Shown one piece after another: positions 17,717-26,355 of a stretch of DNA of 64,000 nucleotides. The DNA is from Bdellovibrionota bacterium FG-1 (GTDB lineage: Bacteria > Bdellovibrionota > UBA1018): assembly GCA_051382295.1 (NCBI GenBank), contig JBBCAW010000008.1:32001-96000 (forward strand), given 5' to 3'. How positions within the stretch are numbered: position 1 is the first letter of the stretch; the number at the start of each line of letters is the position of its first letter. The translations under genes were made by a program, and so were the position numbers. The notes under the pieces are model-generated. The model was not told the DNA's origin and ran no database searches. It saw only the letters and a program-made list of their open reading frames with translations.

Positions 17717-19839
17717 GGCTGGAGCCGCGCGCGAATATCCGCCAAAAAGTCTTTGACCTTGGCCTCGTGCTGATCTTGAGCCTCTCGACTTGAAAGATCC
17801 GGCGAAAAAGACTCATCCTTCGAAACTATCAGATGCCGCGGAATCTCCGCAATAAAGCGACTCACGCATCGAGGCACCGGCTTGCCGTAGCGGATCCGAT
17901 TCTTGGCGCGGGTCAAAATCAAATGATCACGCGCTCGAGTAATGCCGACATAAGCGAGGCGGCGCTCTTCGCTATAATCCGTCGCTTCTTCGATCGTTCT
18001 TTTATGAGGCAAAAACCCCTCTTCAACCCCCACCAAAAACACGACGGGATACTCAAGTCCCTTCGCGCCATGAAGAGTCAAGAGCGTGACTTCGTCCTTA
18101 TCCTTCTTCTTTTCGCGATCATTTTTATCTTCTTCAGCCTCTTGCACATCGAGGGTCATCCGAGATAAAAAATCCTGTAAAACCCGGGCCGGGCTGACGG
18201 TTTCGGAAGCGTCAAATTCAGACAATTGAAGTTGACCGATTGAATGGCAAAGTTCTTCGACATTTTCCCATTTTCTACCAAAAGCGGCGGGATCTTCTTC
18301 ATCCGCTTCCATCGCTTTTTTAATGCCAATCGCCTCAAGAGACCGCTTAGCCCAGTGGGCGATCATTTCAGGATGAAGTTCGGTATTTTCAAGTTCCTGT
18401 TTGAGCCGAAGAATCAGATCTCTCAAGGCAATACAGCCTTCCGCACCACGAACCCCCAAACGGGGAGCCTCAGACAAAAATTCAAAAAAAGGTTTGCCCT
18501 GCTCAAAAGCCAAGCCACCGAGCTTTTCAATGGCCGTCTTGCCAATTCCACGCACGGGATAATTAATAATCCGTCGCAAAGAAGCATCATCACCGGAATT
18601 CGAAATCAAACGCCAGTACGACAGTACATCCTTCACTTCCTTGCGATCCAAAAAGGACATGCCCCCGACAATTTTATAAGGGATGCGGTGACGTCGTAAG
18701 GTTTCCTCAAAGAGCCTTGACTGCGCATTAGAGCGATAAAGCACCGCAAAGTCTTTCCAGGGGCGCGGCTTGAGCTCATCTTGACCACGAACCTCTAGAA
18801 TTTTTTCAGCCACAAACTCGGCTTCCTCTCGATCGTTCTCTAAAACCACTTCCAAAAGAGGGTGGCCTTCACCACGATCAGACCATAAAGTTTTGTCATA
18901 GCGCTTTGAGTTGCCCTTAATGACGGCGTTGGCGGCATCCAAGATCATCGTCGTGCTCCGATAATTCTGGTCGAGTAGGATCACGCGCGCGCCAGGAAAC
19001 TGCTTTGGAAAACTCAAAATATGAGCGGAGTCCGCTCCGCGCCATCCGTAAATGGACTGATCATCATCACCGACGACGCACAGGTTCTGATACCGCTCCG
19101 TGAGCAGGCGCAAGAGTCTGAACTGGGACGCATTCGTATCTTGATACTCATCGACCAAAATATGACGAAATCGAGCGTTATAGTGCTCACGAGCTTCGGC
19201 AGAAACCTCAAGCAAACGAACTGCGTTAAACAAAAGATCATCAAAATCCATCGAATTCAGAAGTCTGAGCTGTTCACGATATTTAGTGTAACAGTGCGCC
19301 GTCGCAATGGCATAATCAGGGCTCAGGCGCTTGGACTCCAAAAAATACTCTTCGGCTTGATCGTCCTGCACAAAGCCATTTTTTGCCTGACCTATTTCAA
19401 AAAGAATGGTGTCCAAATCAAACTTGCGATCGTCGATTCGGACATTCTTCATGATCCCTTTCAGGATATCCTTTTGGTCCGAAGTATCTACGATGGTAAA
19501 ATTATTCTGAAAACCAATTTTTTCGGCATGCGCACGAAGGACCCGAACACAAAGGCTATGAAACGTGCTCACGGTCAAACCCCGGGTCGCACCTTTGCCG
19601 GCAACGCTCGACACGAGCTTGACGACCCGCTCTTTCAGCTCACCGGCAGCCTTATTGGTGAACGACAGTCCTAAAATCGCCGTAGCGGGCAAATGCCTCG
19701 CCGAAATCAAATGGGCGATCCGATAGGCCATGGTGCTCGTCTTACCGCTACCAGCACCTGCCAGCACCAAAAGGGGGCCTTCAGCGTGCAACACGGCCTC
19801 CCGTTGATTCGGGTTGAGTTGATTGAGATTGAGCGACAT
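17713..19839 (-). CDS. UvrD/Rep/PcrA superfamily I DNA helicase
   Basis: LAGAGSGKT, FTNKAA, VDEYQDTN, VGDDDQSIYGWRGA, QNYRS, TLHGAKGLEY, EERRLAYVGITRA. Confidence 0.96.
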   Translation of the reverse strand: MSLNLNQLNPNQREAVLHAEGPLLVLAGAGSGKTSTMAYRIAHLISARHLPATAILGLSFTNKAAGELKERVVKLVSSVAGKGATRGLTVSTFHSLCVRVLRAHAEKIGFQNNFTIVDTSDQKDILKGIMKNVRIDDRKFDLDTILFEIGQAKNGFVQDDQAEEYFLESKRLSPDYAIATAHCYTKYREQLRLLNSMDFDDLLFNAVRLLEVSAEAREHYNARFRHILVDEYQDTNASQFRLLRLLTERYQNLCVVGDDDQSIYGWRGADSAHILSFPKQFPGARVILLDQNYRSTTMILDAANAVIKGNSKRYDKTLWSDRGEGHPLLEVVLENDREEAEFVAEKILEVRGQDELKPRPWKDFAVLYRSNAQSRLFEETLRRHRIPYKIVGGMSFLDRKEVKDVLSYWRLISNSGDDASLRRIINYPVRGIGKTAIEKLGGLAFEQGKPFFEFLSEAPRLGVRGAEGCIALRDLILRLKQELENTELHPEMIAHWAKRSLEAIGIKKAMEADEEDPAAFGRKWENVEELCHSIGQLQLSEFDASETVSPARVLQDFLSRMTLDVQEAEEDKNDREKKKDKDEVTLLTLHGAKGLEYPVVFLVGVEEGFLPHKRTIEEATDYSEERRLAYVGITRARDHLILTRAKNRIRYGKPVPRCVSRFIAEIPRHLIVSKDESFSPDLSSREAQDQHEAKVKDFLADIRARLQP

Positions 19840-19898
19840 AAGATTGGGAGTACCCGGAACGGTTTGGAATGCCAATCCCCGACCGAAAATATATATTT

Positions 19899-19914
19899 TG
19901 GTGCAAACTTTGCT
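19899..19914 (+). promoter_or_regulatory. Sigma54 -24/-12 promoter
   Basis: TGGTGCAAACTTTGCT, 12 nt upstream of the ATG at 19927. Confidence 0.6.
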
Positions 19915-19926
19915 TGGTCTTTGAGC

Positions 19927-20799
19927 ATGATTCGGCTAACCACTGACCTGGGTTGGATTTGCTGTTTACTTATTTTTATCTCGCATTCCGCAAATGCCCA
20001 GTGTCATCTCACAGAGGATGAGCACAGTCGGATTCGATTTAAATTAGAAGTCCTCTTCAACGAAAGTGAACTTCTCCTCCGAAACCATAGAGCCGATCTT
20101 TCGGATATACGACACCAAGAACGGGAATTTAAAACCCTTCGCGTATTTGAGCGAATCCCTTTTGAAGATGACGCCCATGACACTCACGATACTCATGACA
20201 CTCGTCACATTCAGGATCTCAAGGCTGAGCTCGCCCAGTCTGCTCAAGCTCGCGGACTACGACTCATAGCATTAAAACCAGAAGTAAAACGCACTGCCCG
20301 TTTTTCAAAAACTCCCGCCTGGCTTTATTCGGATCAGTTGTCGGAGTTTCGTCTTTCAAATTCTCAAATCGCCGATGAAACCCACTTTCACCTGGTTGTC
20401 ACGGGGGGAAAAAGCAAGGTTCTCCAATGGATTCAACATTGGCCGGAAGAACTGCTCCGGCTGACACAGTTGGTTGACTCACCCAATTCCATACGCTCAT
20501 TGGGACCCTCAAGATTTCAGATTTCGGCCAAAACTTTCCACTTTCGAAAAACCAGCTTCCCCAAACTCATCTTGCGCCCCCCGCTGGAGCTGTTGCCTCC
20601 TTCGAGCCGCCACTCACCCGATTGTCTAGCCCAAAAAGCCCCCGTGTTGTGGACGCTGATTGATCGAATTCAAGACCTCCGCCCGAAAACGAAAGACCTT
20701 TACTCGACCCGGGAACAATTGATGCTCAATTCGGCTCGGATGTCCTTTTTTACCGCTCAGGCGATCGGTCACAATAAGCGGTTGCCCATCGCAGAATGA
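19927..20799 (+). CDS. Exported hypothetical protein with a PilO/GspM-like central segment
   Basis: Signal peptide (HSANA). ELAQSAQARGLRLIALKP...HFHLVVTG...WIQHW..LLRLTQL follows the PilO pattern. HDT x3 repeat. Confidence 0.55.
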   Translation: MIRLTTDLGWICCLLIFISHSANAQCHLTEDEHSRIRFKLEVLFNESELLLRNHRADLSDIRHQEREFKTLRVFERIPFEDDAHDTHDTHDTRHIQDLKAELAQSAQARGLRLIALKPEVKRTARFSKTPAWLYSDQLSEFRLSNSQIADETHFHLVVTGGKSKVLQWIQHWPEELLRLTQLVDSPNSIRSLGPSRFQISAKTFHFRKTSFPKLILRPPLELLPPSSRHSPDCLAQKAPVLWTLIDRIQDLRPKTKDLYSTREQLMLNSARMSFFTAQAIGHNKRLPIAE

Positions 20800-20833
20800 A
20801 AGGTACACTCAAGGTCAGGGGGCAAGTCAGCCA

Positions 20834-21229
20834 ATGTTACGTGAGGAAGTGGGCATCCTGGTTGTTGATGACGTCAACACGATGCGAGTCCAAATCAAAG
20901 AACTGCTGAATTCGTTTGGCTTTCGAAAAATCAGCCTAGCCTCCAACGGGCAAGAGGCGCAGAAGATCTTGACTTCTCAGCCGATTCATCTGGTTTTGGC
21001 CGATTGGCATATGACCCCGACGGATGGAATGGAGCTGCTCAAGTTTGTACGTACCCACGAGCAGCTCAAAACCATGGCCTACATCATGGTGACAGCCGAA
21101 GGCACTAAAGAACAAGTAGTCCTGGCCATCAAGAGCGGCGTGGATGACTACCTCATTAAGCCACTGACGGCGGTGCAAATTCAAAACAAGGTGTATGGCG
21201 TTTTACTTCGCAAGCAGGTGCTGGCATGA
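20834..21229 (+). CDS. CheY-like single-domain response regulator
   Basis: LVVDD, LADWHMTPTDGMELL, MVTAE, YLIKP. Confidence 0.93.
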   Translation: MLREEVGILVVDDVNTMRVQIKELLNSFGFRKISLASNGQEAQKILTSQPIHLVLADWHMTPTDGMELLKFVRTHEQLKTMAYIMVTAEGTKEQVVLAIKSGVDDYLIKPLTAVQIQNKVYGVLLRKQVLA

Positions 21230-21660
21230 CTTCAAAGATCCAAGACTTTATCGATGAACTGACCGGTTTTGCAAAAACGGCCGAAGAAACCTTAACGACC
21301 ATTGAAGGCGATTTAGAAGGCAAAAAGGGGCTTTTTTCGGTGTTTACGGAGCGCATGATTGCGATTCGGGGCACGGCTCAACAGCTCTCGCTGCCTCACA
21401 TTGCCCACATCGCAGGCTTGGGCGAAGAAATTTCGATCAAAGCCACGACGGCCGAAACCCGCGCTCAAATCCGCAAATGTGTCGGCGCACTTTGGGATGC
21501 CTTATCGACGGTCAAATATCTATTGGAACACCACGAACAAGAAACCGGTGAAGAACAACAGTTTTTGATCAATCGCCTGGAGGACACCCTACGTCGCCTC
21601 GGGGGCGCACGGCCGAGTGTCGACCAGGACGAGATCGAAGCGATGCTGAAGCAGAGATAG
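21226..21660 (+). CDS. HPt/CheA-P1-like helical protein lacking the phosphoacceptor His
   Basis: FIDE...LTTIE...FTERMIAIRGTAQQLSLPHIAHIAGLGEE aligns to FRxxHTIKG. C-terminal QDEIEAML. ATGA overlap with cheY. Confidence 0.65.
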   Translation: MTSKIQDFIDELTGFAKTAEETLTTIEGDLEGKKGLFSVFTERMIAIRGTAQQLSLPHIAHIAGLGEEISIKATTAETRAQIRKCVGALWDALSTVKYLLEHHEQETGEEQQFLINRLEDTLRRLGGARPSVDQDEIEAMLKQR

Positions 21661-21694
21661 GTGCTCCGCACCTTTTGGTAGAGGCGCGCGTCAT

Positions 21695-22573
21695 TTACCA
21701 AGCAAATCCTGCGGTCACGCCGGCATTGACTGCGACGACGTCTTTATCCGCGACGTAAGTGATGGCTTGATTTCCGTCTTTGTCCTTTCGATCCGTGAGG
21801 ACTTCCACACCCATGTGAGCGCCTATCTGCAAAGGCCCAAGGACGTTGAATTTTCCATCGACGTTTAGACCTAAAGCCAATCCCTGGGCATCATTTTTCT
21901 GCCCCAAGATTTTTCCAGTCGCACTGGCGTCGAATTCGCCTTTTTTGGAAACGTATTTAGCGCTAAGACCAGTCTCGACTGCCGTGGTTGTTCCTAAAAT
22001 GGGGTCAATGGCAGCAGTCAGCCCGACCACTGGCCCAAATAACACACGACTGTCTTCACTGAGTTGGCAAACACCCCCCGCTTGGATAAAATATGATCCA
22101 CGGGGATTAAAAGCTCCCAAGCTAGGTTCAAATGAGCTCCCTCCATTCATTTTAACATCGATAGGAGTAAATTGAACCGTACAACCGCCGGATTGAAGCT
22201 GAGGATGTATGGCCATCAGGGCCGCCCCATTGATTCCAGCCGTAACTGCTTGCCCTGAGACCCGAGTAACCCCGTCATTTTTCTGGACGTCGATCACCCC
22301 TCCGTCCAGTCCGCCGCTGCCCGAAATCGTGGTGGTTGTGCCAAGTCCTATTATACGGAGACCGACGTGAACGCCTGCCTCTGCACGGCTGGTCCTCACT
22401 TCTCCCACGGCTGCAGGGGGAACAACGGTTGGATTGACCACTTGCGCACCCCCGGTGGCGTTGATTTCAATTTTTGTAAGGGGTTCCGCTCTCACTGCCG
22501 TCGAACTCAAACCCGCGAACGAAACCATAATCAATGAAAACACCTTGAGACTCATTCCTTTAAAACTTTGCAT
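21695..22573 (-). CDS. Secreted/outer-membrane beta-rich protein
   Basis: Signal peptide (AVRA), alternating Gly/hydrophobic beta strands, C-terminal GVTAGFAW resembling a beta-signal. Confidence 0.7.
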   Translation of the reverse strand: MQSFKGMSLKVFSLIMVSFAGLSSTAVRAEPLTKIEINATGGAQVVNPTVVPPAAVGEVRTSRAEAGVHVGLRIIGLGTTTTISGSGGLDGGVIDVQKNDGVTRVSGQAVTAGINGAALMAIHPQLQSGGCTVQFTPIDVKMNGGSSFEPSLGAFNPRGSYFIQAGGVCQLSEDSRVLFGPVVGLTAAIDPILGTTTAVETGLSAKYVSKKGEFDASATGKILGQKNDAQGLALGLNVDGKFNVLGPLQIGAHMGVEVLTDRKDKDGNQAITYVADKDVVAVNAGVTAGFAW

Positions 22574-22601
22574 ACTCGACTACCTCTTTGCCCTGCATCA
22601 A

Positions 22602-22617
22602 AGCAAGCGGGGTGCCA
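22602..22617 (-). promoter_or_regulatory. Sigma54 -24/-12 promoter
   Basis: Minus strand TGGCACCCCGCTTGCT, a perfect TGGCAC-N5-TTGC match. Confidence 0.8.
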
Positions 22618-22627
22618 GCGCTGGCGA

Positions 22628-22637
22628 GGGGGGGGGG
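22628..22637. repeat. G10 homopolymer tract
   Basis: Read directly; lies 10 bp upstream of the -24 element. Confidence 0.9.
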
Positions 22638-22785
22638 TAATGACTACATAGACTTACGAGATTAAATCGAGCGCAGGAGTGATTAAGAAGTGGGCAGGTG
22701 TAAAGGGGTTTCCGTTTTCAACAAATGAACTAATCGTTATTGATTCGTTATTTATTCAATGATAGACTTCCTTCGAGGCGTTTGA

Positions 22786-23052
22786 ATGAAATTTGAGTTT
22801 GACCCCAGTAAAAGTCACTCCAATAAAGAAAAACACGGAATCGACTTTATCGAGGGGCCGGCTTTATGGAACAGTCCAAACATCGAACTCAACTCAAAAA
22901 ATCCAAGTGAAGCACGCCGCCTAGTCATTGGTAAGATCGAAGCCACTTTCTGGACTGGCATAATCACCCATCGAGATGAAGCAATCCGGATCATTTCTAT
23001 ACGGAGGTCACGCGATGAAGAAAAAGAAAAATTCAGAAAATACTACCGCTGA
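22786..23052 (+). CDS. brnT: BrnT family toxin
   Basis: FEFDPSKSHSNKEKHGIDF, RRLVIG, IRIISIRR. Confidence 0.92.
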   Translation: MKFEFDPSKSHSNKEKHGIDFIEGPALWNSPNIELNSKNPSEARRLVIGKIEATFWTGIITHRDEAIRIISIRRSRDEEKEKFRKYYR

Positions 23053-23257
23053 TAATCTAGAGCGGAAATTTGATCATGGAGATGACGTCCTTGATTACTT
23101 TGAGGATCAGCCAACAGCCAAGAGAGTGAATCTCGATATTCCAGCCTGGGCTGTCCAGATCATCGACGGTGAAGCCCATCGGCGCGGAATGGCCCGCCAG
23201 CAACTCATTAAGCACTGGATTATTGACAAGGTGGACCAGATCAAAAAAGTGGGATGA
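23015..23257 (+). CDS. BrnA/CopG-type (RHH) antitoxin
   Basis: KFDHGDDVLDYF, KRVNLDIPAW, EAHRRGMARQQLIKHWI. GGAGG RBS; overlaps the toxin. Confidence 0.88.
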   Translation: MKKKKNSENTTADNLERKFDHGDDVLDYFEDQPTAKRVNLDIPAWAVQIIDGEAHRRGMARQQLIKHWIIDKVDQIKKVG

Positions 23258-23326
23258 TTACCAAGCAAAGCCGGCAGTGACTCCTCCAGTGACGGCCAAA
23301 AGGCTTTTGTCGGCAACAAAAAACGC
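23258..23326 (-). pseudogene. 3' remnant of a paralogue of the 21695-22573 gene
   Basis: Translates AFFVADKSLLAVTGGVTAGFAW* versus ITYVADKDVVAVNAGVTAGFAW*. An in-frame stop lies 6 codons upstream. Confidence 0.8.
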
Positions 23327-23369
23327 ACAAATGTACAAAAATCACTGTGACAGTCATTTTAGTACAGTA

Positions 23370-23398
23370 TTGACAAAAATAACTGCCACTATTATCTT
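23370..23398 (+). promoter_or_regulatory. Sigma70-type promoter, probably leaderless transcript
   Basis: TTGACA-17 bp-TATCTT, 8 nt before the ATG at 23407, with no RBS. Confidence 0.55.
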
Positions 23399-23406
23399 TA
23401 TACATA

Positions 23407-24618
23407 ATGGCCCATTCTCGAAGTCGGAGCGTCTCGGAACTCTATCATAAGTTGATCAAGGCGAGCCCTATTCTTGGGATTTTTGGTCACCGTCAGGTGG
23501 GTAAGACTACTTGGATGACTCAGGCGCTACCCCATTACCTTACCTTTGATAGTCATTTTGAGCGCACTCGCGCTGAGTCCGATCCTGAGGCCTTTTTGGA
23601 TACGTTAAAAGGGCATCCTTTTGGCATTGATGAGTGTCAAGGGGTCCCCGCCCTTTTTCCTGCACTCAAAGAGAGGGTGAGAGTCAAGCAGCAGCCAGGA
23701 CAATTTGTTTTGTCCGGATCAGTTCGCTTCACGAGTCGCAAGGCTATTCGAGAGTCGCTTGCAGGACGGATGATGTTTTTTGAGCTTTATCCCTTAGTTC
23801 TCTCTGAAATGGATCAGCGGCCTTTGCCTGATTTTTTTTTGCAACTTCTTAAACAAAATTCCTTTGAATCTTCGAGAATCGAGGAACTCAGTAAAGGGGA
23901 GATCTCCAAAAGACTGAAATCCGTAGACAGTTATCTTTTGAAAGGTGGGCTGCCTGGAATTTGCTTTCTCCGAGAGGAGCGCCTCAGGTTAGAACGGTTG
24001 AATGATCTGCATCATCTTATTCTGGATCGGGACCTGAGAATGGTGCATGAAACTCGGATTTCGATTGAAAAATTGTATGCCTACCTAAAGATGATCGCTC
24101 ATTTCGGACTGAGTGGTTACTCTTACACGAAAGTCAAAAATGAACTCTCTTTGACTCCTGTCACTCAAAAATCTTTACTTTATGCGCTGGAGTCGATTTT
24201 CCTGATTCGGCGAATTCCCTTCTACGGAGGATCTAAGGGAGAAATGATCATTCTTGAAGACCAGTATGAGGAGTGGGTTTTGGGTGATGGTTCGTTGTCC
24301 CCGGACGAGCAGCTTCTTACTTTACTTTATCGTAATCTGAGGGCTCAGTTTCACTATCGTATGGGCGAACCCATTCGCTTTTCCTCTTACTGGACTAAAA
24401 ATAACGCCAGGGTTCATCTTGTGTTGAAAACAGCAAACTCAGTTCTGGGTATTCTTGCTATCGAGGCTGAGGAGCCAACGCTTTCTCAAATTCGAGCCGC
24501 AGAGAGCCTTTTGCGAGTTGAAAGTCAAAGTAAAGTTGCAATTTTTTCAAAAAGCTTAAAAAAGACAAAAGTTTTGAATTCTAGGATTGCCGTGATCCCT
24601 TTGCCCATGGGCATTTGA
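23407..24618 (+). CDS. AAA_14 ATPase with DUF4143-like C-terminus (degenerate)
   Basis: GHRQVGKT Walker A, IDECQ Walker B, GQFVLSGS, ESLAGR, GGLP. Confidence 0.85.
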   Translation: MAHSRSRSVSELYHKLIKASPILGIFGHRQVGKTTWMTQALPHYLTFDSHFERTRAESDPEAFLDTLKGHPFGIDECQGVPALFPALKERVRVKQQPGQFVLSGSVRFTSRKAIRESLAGRMMFFELYPLVLSEMDQRPLPDFFLQLLKQNSFESSRIEELSKGEISKRLKSVDSYLLKGGLPGICFLREERLRLERLNDLHHLILDRDLRMVHETRISIEKLYAYLKMIAHFGLSGYSYTKVKNELSLTPVTQKSLLYALESIFLIRRIPFYGGSKGEMIILEDQYEEWVLGDGSLSPDEQLLTLLYRNLRAQFHYRMGEPIRFSSYWTKNNARVHLVLKTANSVLGILAIEAEEPTLSQIRAAESLLRVESQSKVAIFSKSLKKTKVLNSRIAVIPLPMGI

Positions 24619-24624
24619 CTGCCC

Positions 24625-26355
24625 CTATGCTTTCGCTTCCCGCCGTTTATAGACCACACCGACCCAAATCACGTAGGCCATTTGCACCGCGACGAAACCC
24701 AAAATCGTTTTGAAGCCTCCGCCACTCACAAATCCATAGGAATGCAAGCCCACACCCAAGACGAAATTCACACCGTACCAAGCCATCATCACCGACAAAA
24801 AGGCCACCACCGACCATGCGGCAAAACCAAATTGTCCAACCCAGCCCGAATACCGACCATGAAGAATGGTGATATAACAAAGCAACGCAATCAGCGCCCA
24901 AACTTCTTTAGGATCCCAACCCCAGAAACGACCCCAAGAATAATCCGCCCAAACTCCGCCCAAAATCGTGCCCGCCGCCAACAAAACCACGCCGAACTGC
25001 ATCGCGCGATAAGTGAGCTGATTCATCGAAGTGATTTTAAGCTTTCCGCCCGGACGATTGCTTCGCAAAAAATAATAAAGCGCCACATTAGCCAATCCCA
25101 AAGTCAGCGCAAAGGCCGCATATCCCAGCGTGATCGTCAAAACATGGATCGTCAGCCAATAATTGCTCCGCAAAACCGGAACCAGGGGATTCAGGCTCGG
25201 ATCCATCACCGCTGGCGCGGCGTCTGCAGCAATCAAGCTTAAGGTGGCCAACACACTGGCAACCAAAAGCAAGATCGCCTGTCGATGGATCGCGTACAAA
25301 ATTCCCGCAAAAACAAGCTGACCAAAAGCCACCCAAATCACCGATTCGTACATATTGGTCACTGGAGGACGCCCCGCCACAAAACAACGCATCGCAATCC
25401 CCGCAACGTGAACCGCAAAGGCCACACCCGTGACACTCAAGGCTGCGGCCGTCCATCCAAGTGAAGCGCGGCCGGTTGGCATTTTCGTCTCAGAAAACCG
25501 AGCACCCATCCATACGAATACGGCGATCAAATAAAAGATCCAAGACCAGAGAAACGGCCGAATATGATTATAGATCGATTCAACATCAATCCGAGTGTGA
25601 GCGGTTTCGGTCCAGCCCACGATCTGAGACTCAATCGAAGCGCGCGCCCGCACAACCGCAGATTCAAACTGCGCTTGGTTCGAGCTTTCATAAGCCCGGA
25701 TGATTTGCACAAATAAATCACGAACCGGACTTCCCATTTTGTCAGGATCTGAAAGAGCACCCCACGGCGCAAGCTCTCCTGGCTTAGCACTAATAGCCCC
25801 AGGCAGCGCAGGAATTACAGTCCATGCCTCGCCAGAAATCACCCGGTTGAACATATCGAGACGCTCAAAAACCCGTTTAAATTCTTGATCCCGTGGATCT
25901 ACCTTAGGTTTATTACCCATCGGCGCCGAGACTTGTTGATCCTGCGCACTTGCCGTCTGCGCATACTGCCCTAGCACGGTATTGCCCATCAGTTCTTTAG
26001 GCGAAAACCGCGTCCGCTTTTCATCCAAGCCCACTTGCCGACGCACATCCTCACGCGACACCTGGATAAAGCGATAATTCTGCCAAGCCTCCGGGTTAGC
26101 GATCATCGAAAAAGCCATGTCGACCGGATCCCAACCATCAAAGCTACGTGACCCGGTTTCAAAGAGCATGATTTCACGCGCAAATGAATCCAACGGTTTG
26201 ACCCGCCCCCCACTTTGCAGGGGAATCTCTCGAGCTCGAGCAAAAGACCAATCCGCTCGCTGAACCGGAGCGGGCGCTTCATCTGCGGCAAAAACAGGGG
26301 CCGCCCCAAGCAAACCAGCCAATACGAAACCCAAAATATACGGTTTGATCTTCAT
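24625..26355 (-). CDS. ccsA: Cytochrome c biogenesis protein CcsA/ResC (system II)
   Basis: GRPPVTNMYES, WLTIHV, GGVWADYSWGRFWGWDPKEVW (WWD domain), GLHSY. Confidence 0.95.
   Translation of the reverse strand: MKIKPYILGFVLAGLLGAAPVFAADEAPAPVQRADWSFARAREIPLQSGGRVKPLDSFAREIMLFETGSRSFDGWDPVDMAFSMIANPEAWQNYRFIQVSREDVRRQVGLDEKRTRFSPKELMGNTVLGQYAQTASAQDQQVSAPMGNKPKVDPRDQEFKRVFERLDMFNRVISGEAWTVIPALPGAISAKPGELAPWGALSDPDKMGSPVRDLFVQIIRAYESSNQAQFESAVVRARASIESQIVGWTETAHTRIDVESIYNHIRPFLWSWIFYLIAVFVWMGARFSETKMPTGRASLGWTAAALSVTGVAFAVHVAGIAMRCFVAGRPPVTNMYESVIWVAFGQLVFAGILYAIHRQAILLLVASVLATLSLIAADAAPAVMDPSLNPLVPVLRSNYWLTIHVLTITLGYAAFALTLGLANVALYYFLRSNRPGGKLKITSMNQLTYRAMQFGVVLLAAGTILGGVWADYSWGRFWGWDPKEVWALIALLCYITILHGRYSGWVGQFGFAAWSVVAFLSVMMAWYGVNFVLGVGLHSYGFVSGGGFKTILGFVAVQMAYVIWVGVVYKRREAKA

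Noticed and set aside
19021..19674. Long antisense ORFs (also 14532-15086, 24682-25242, 41543-42154, 50887-51447)
   Set aside because: They lie fully opposite well-supported genes, with no motifs or RBS; typical shadow ORFs.
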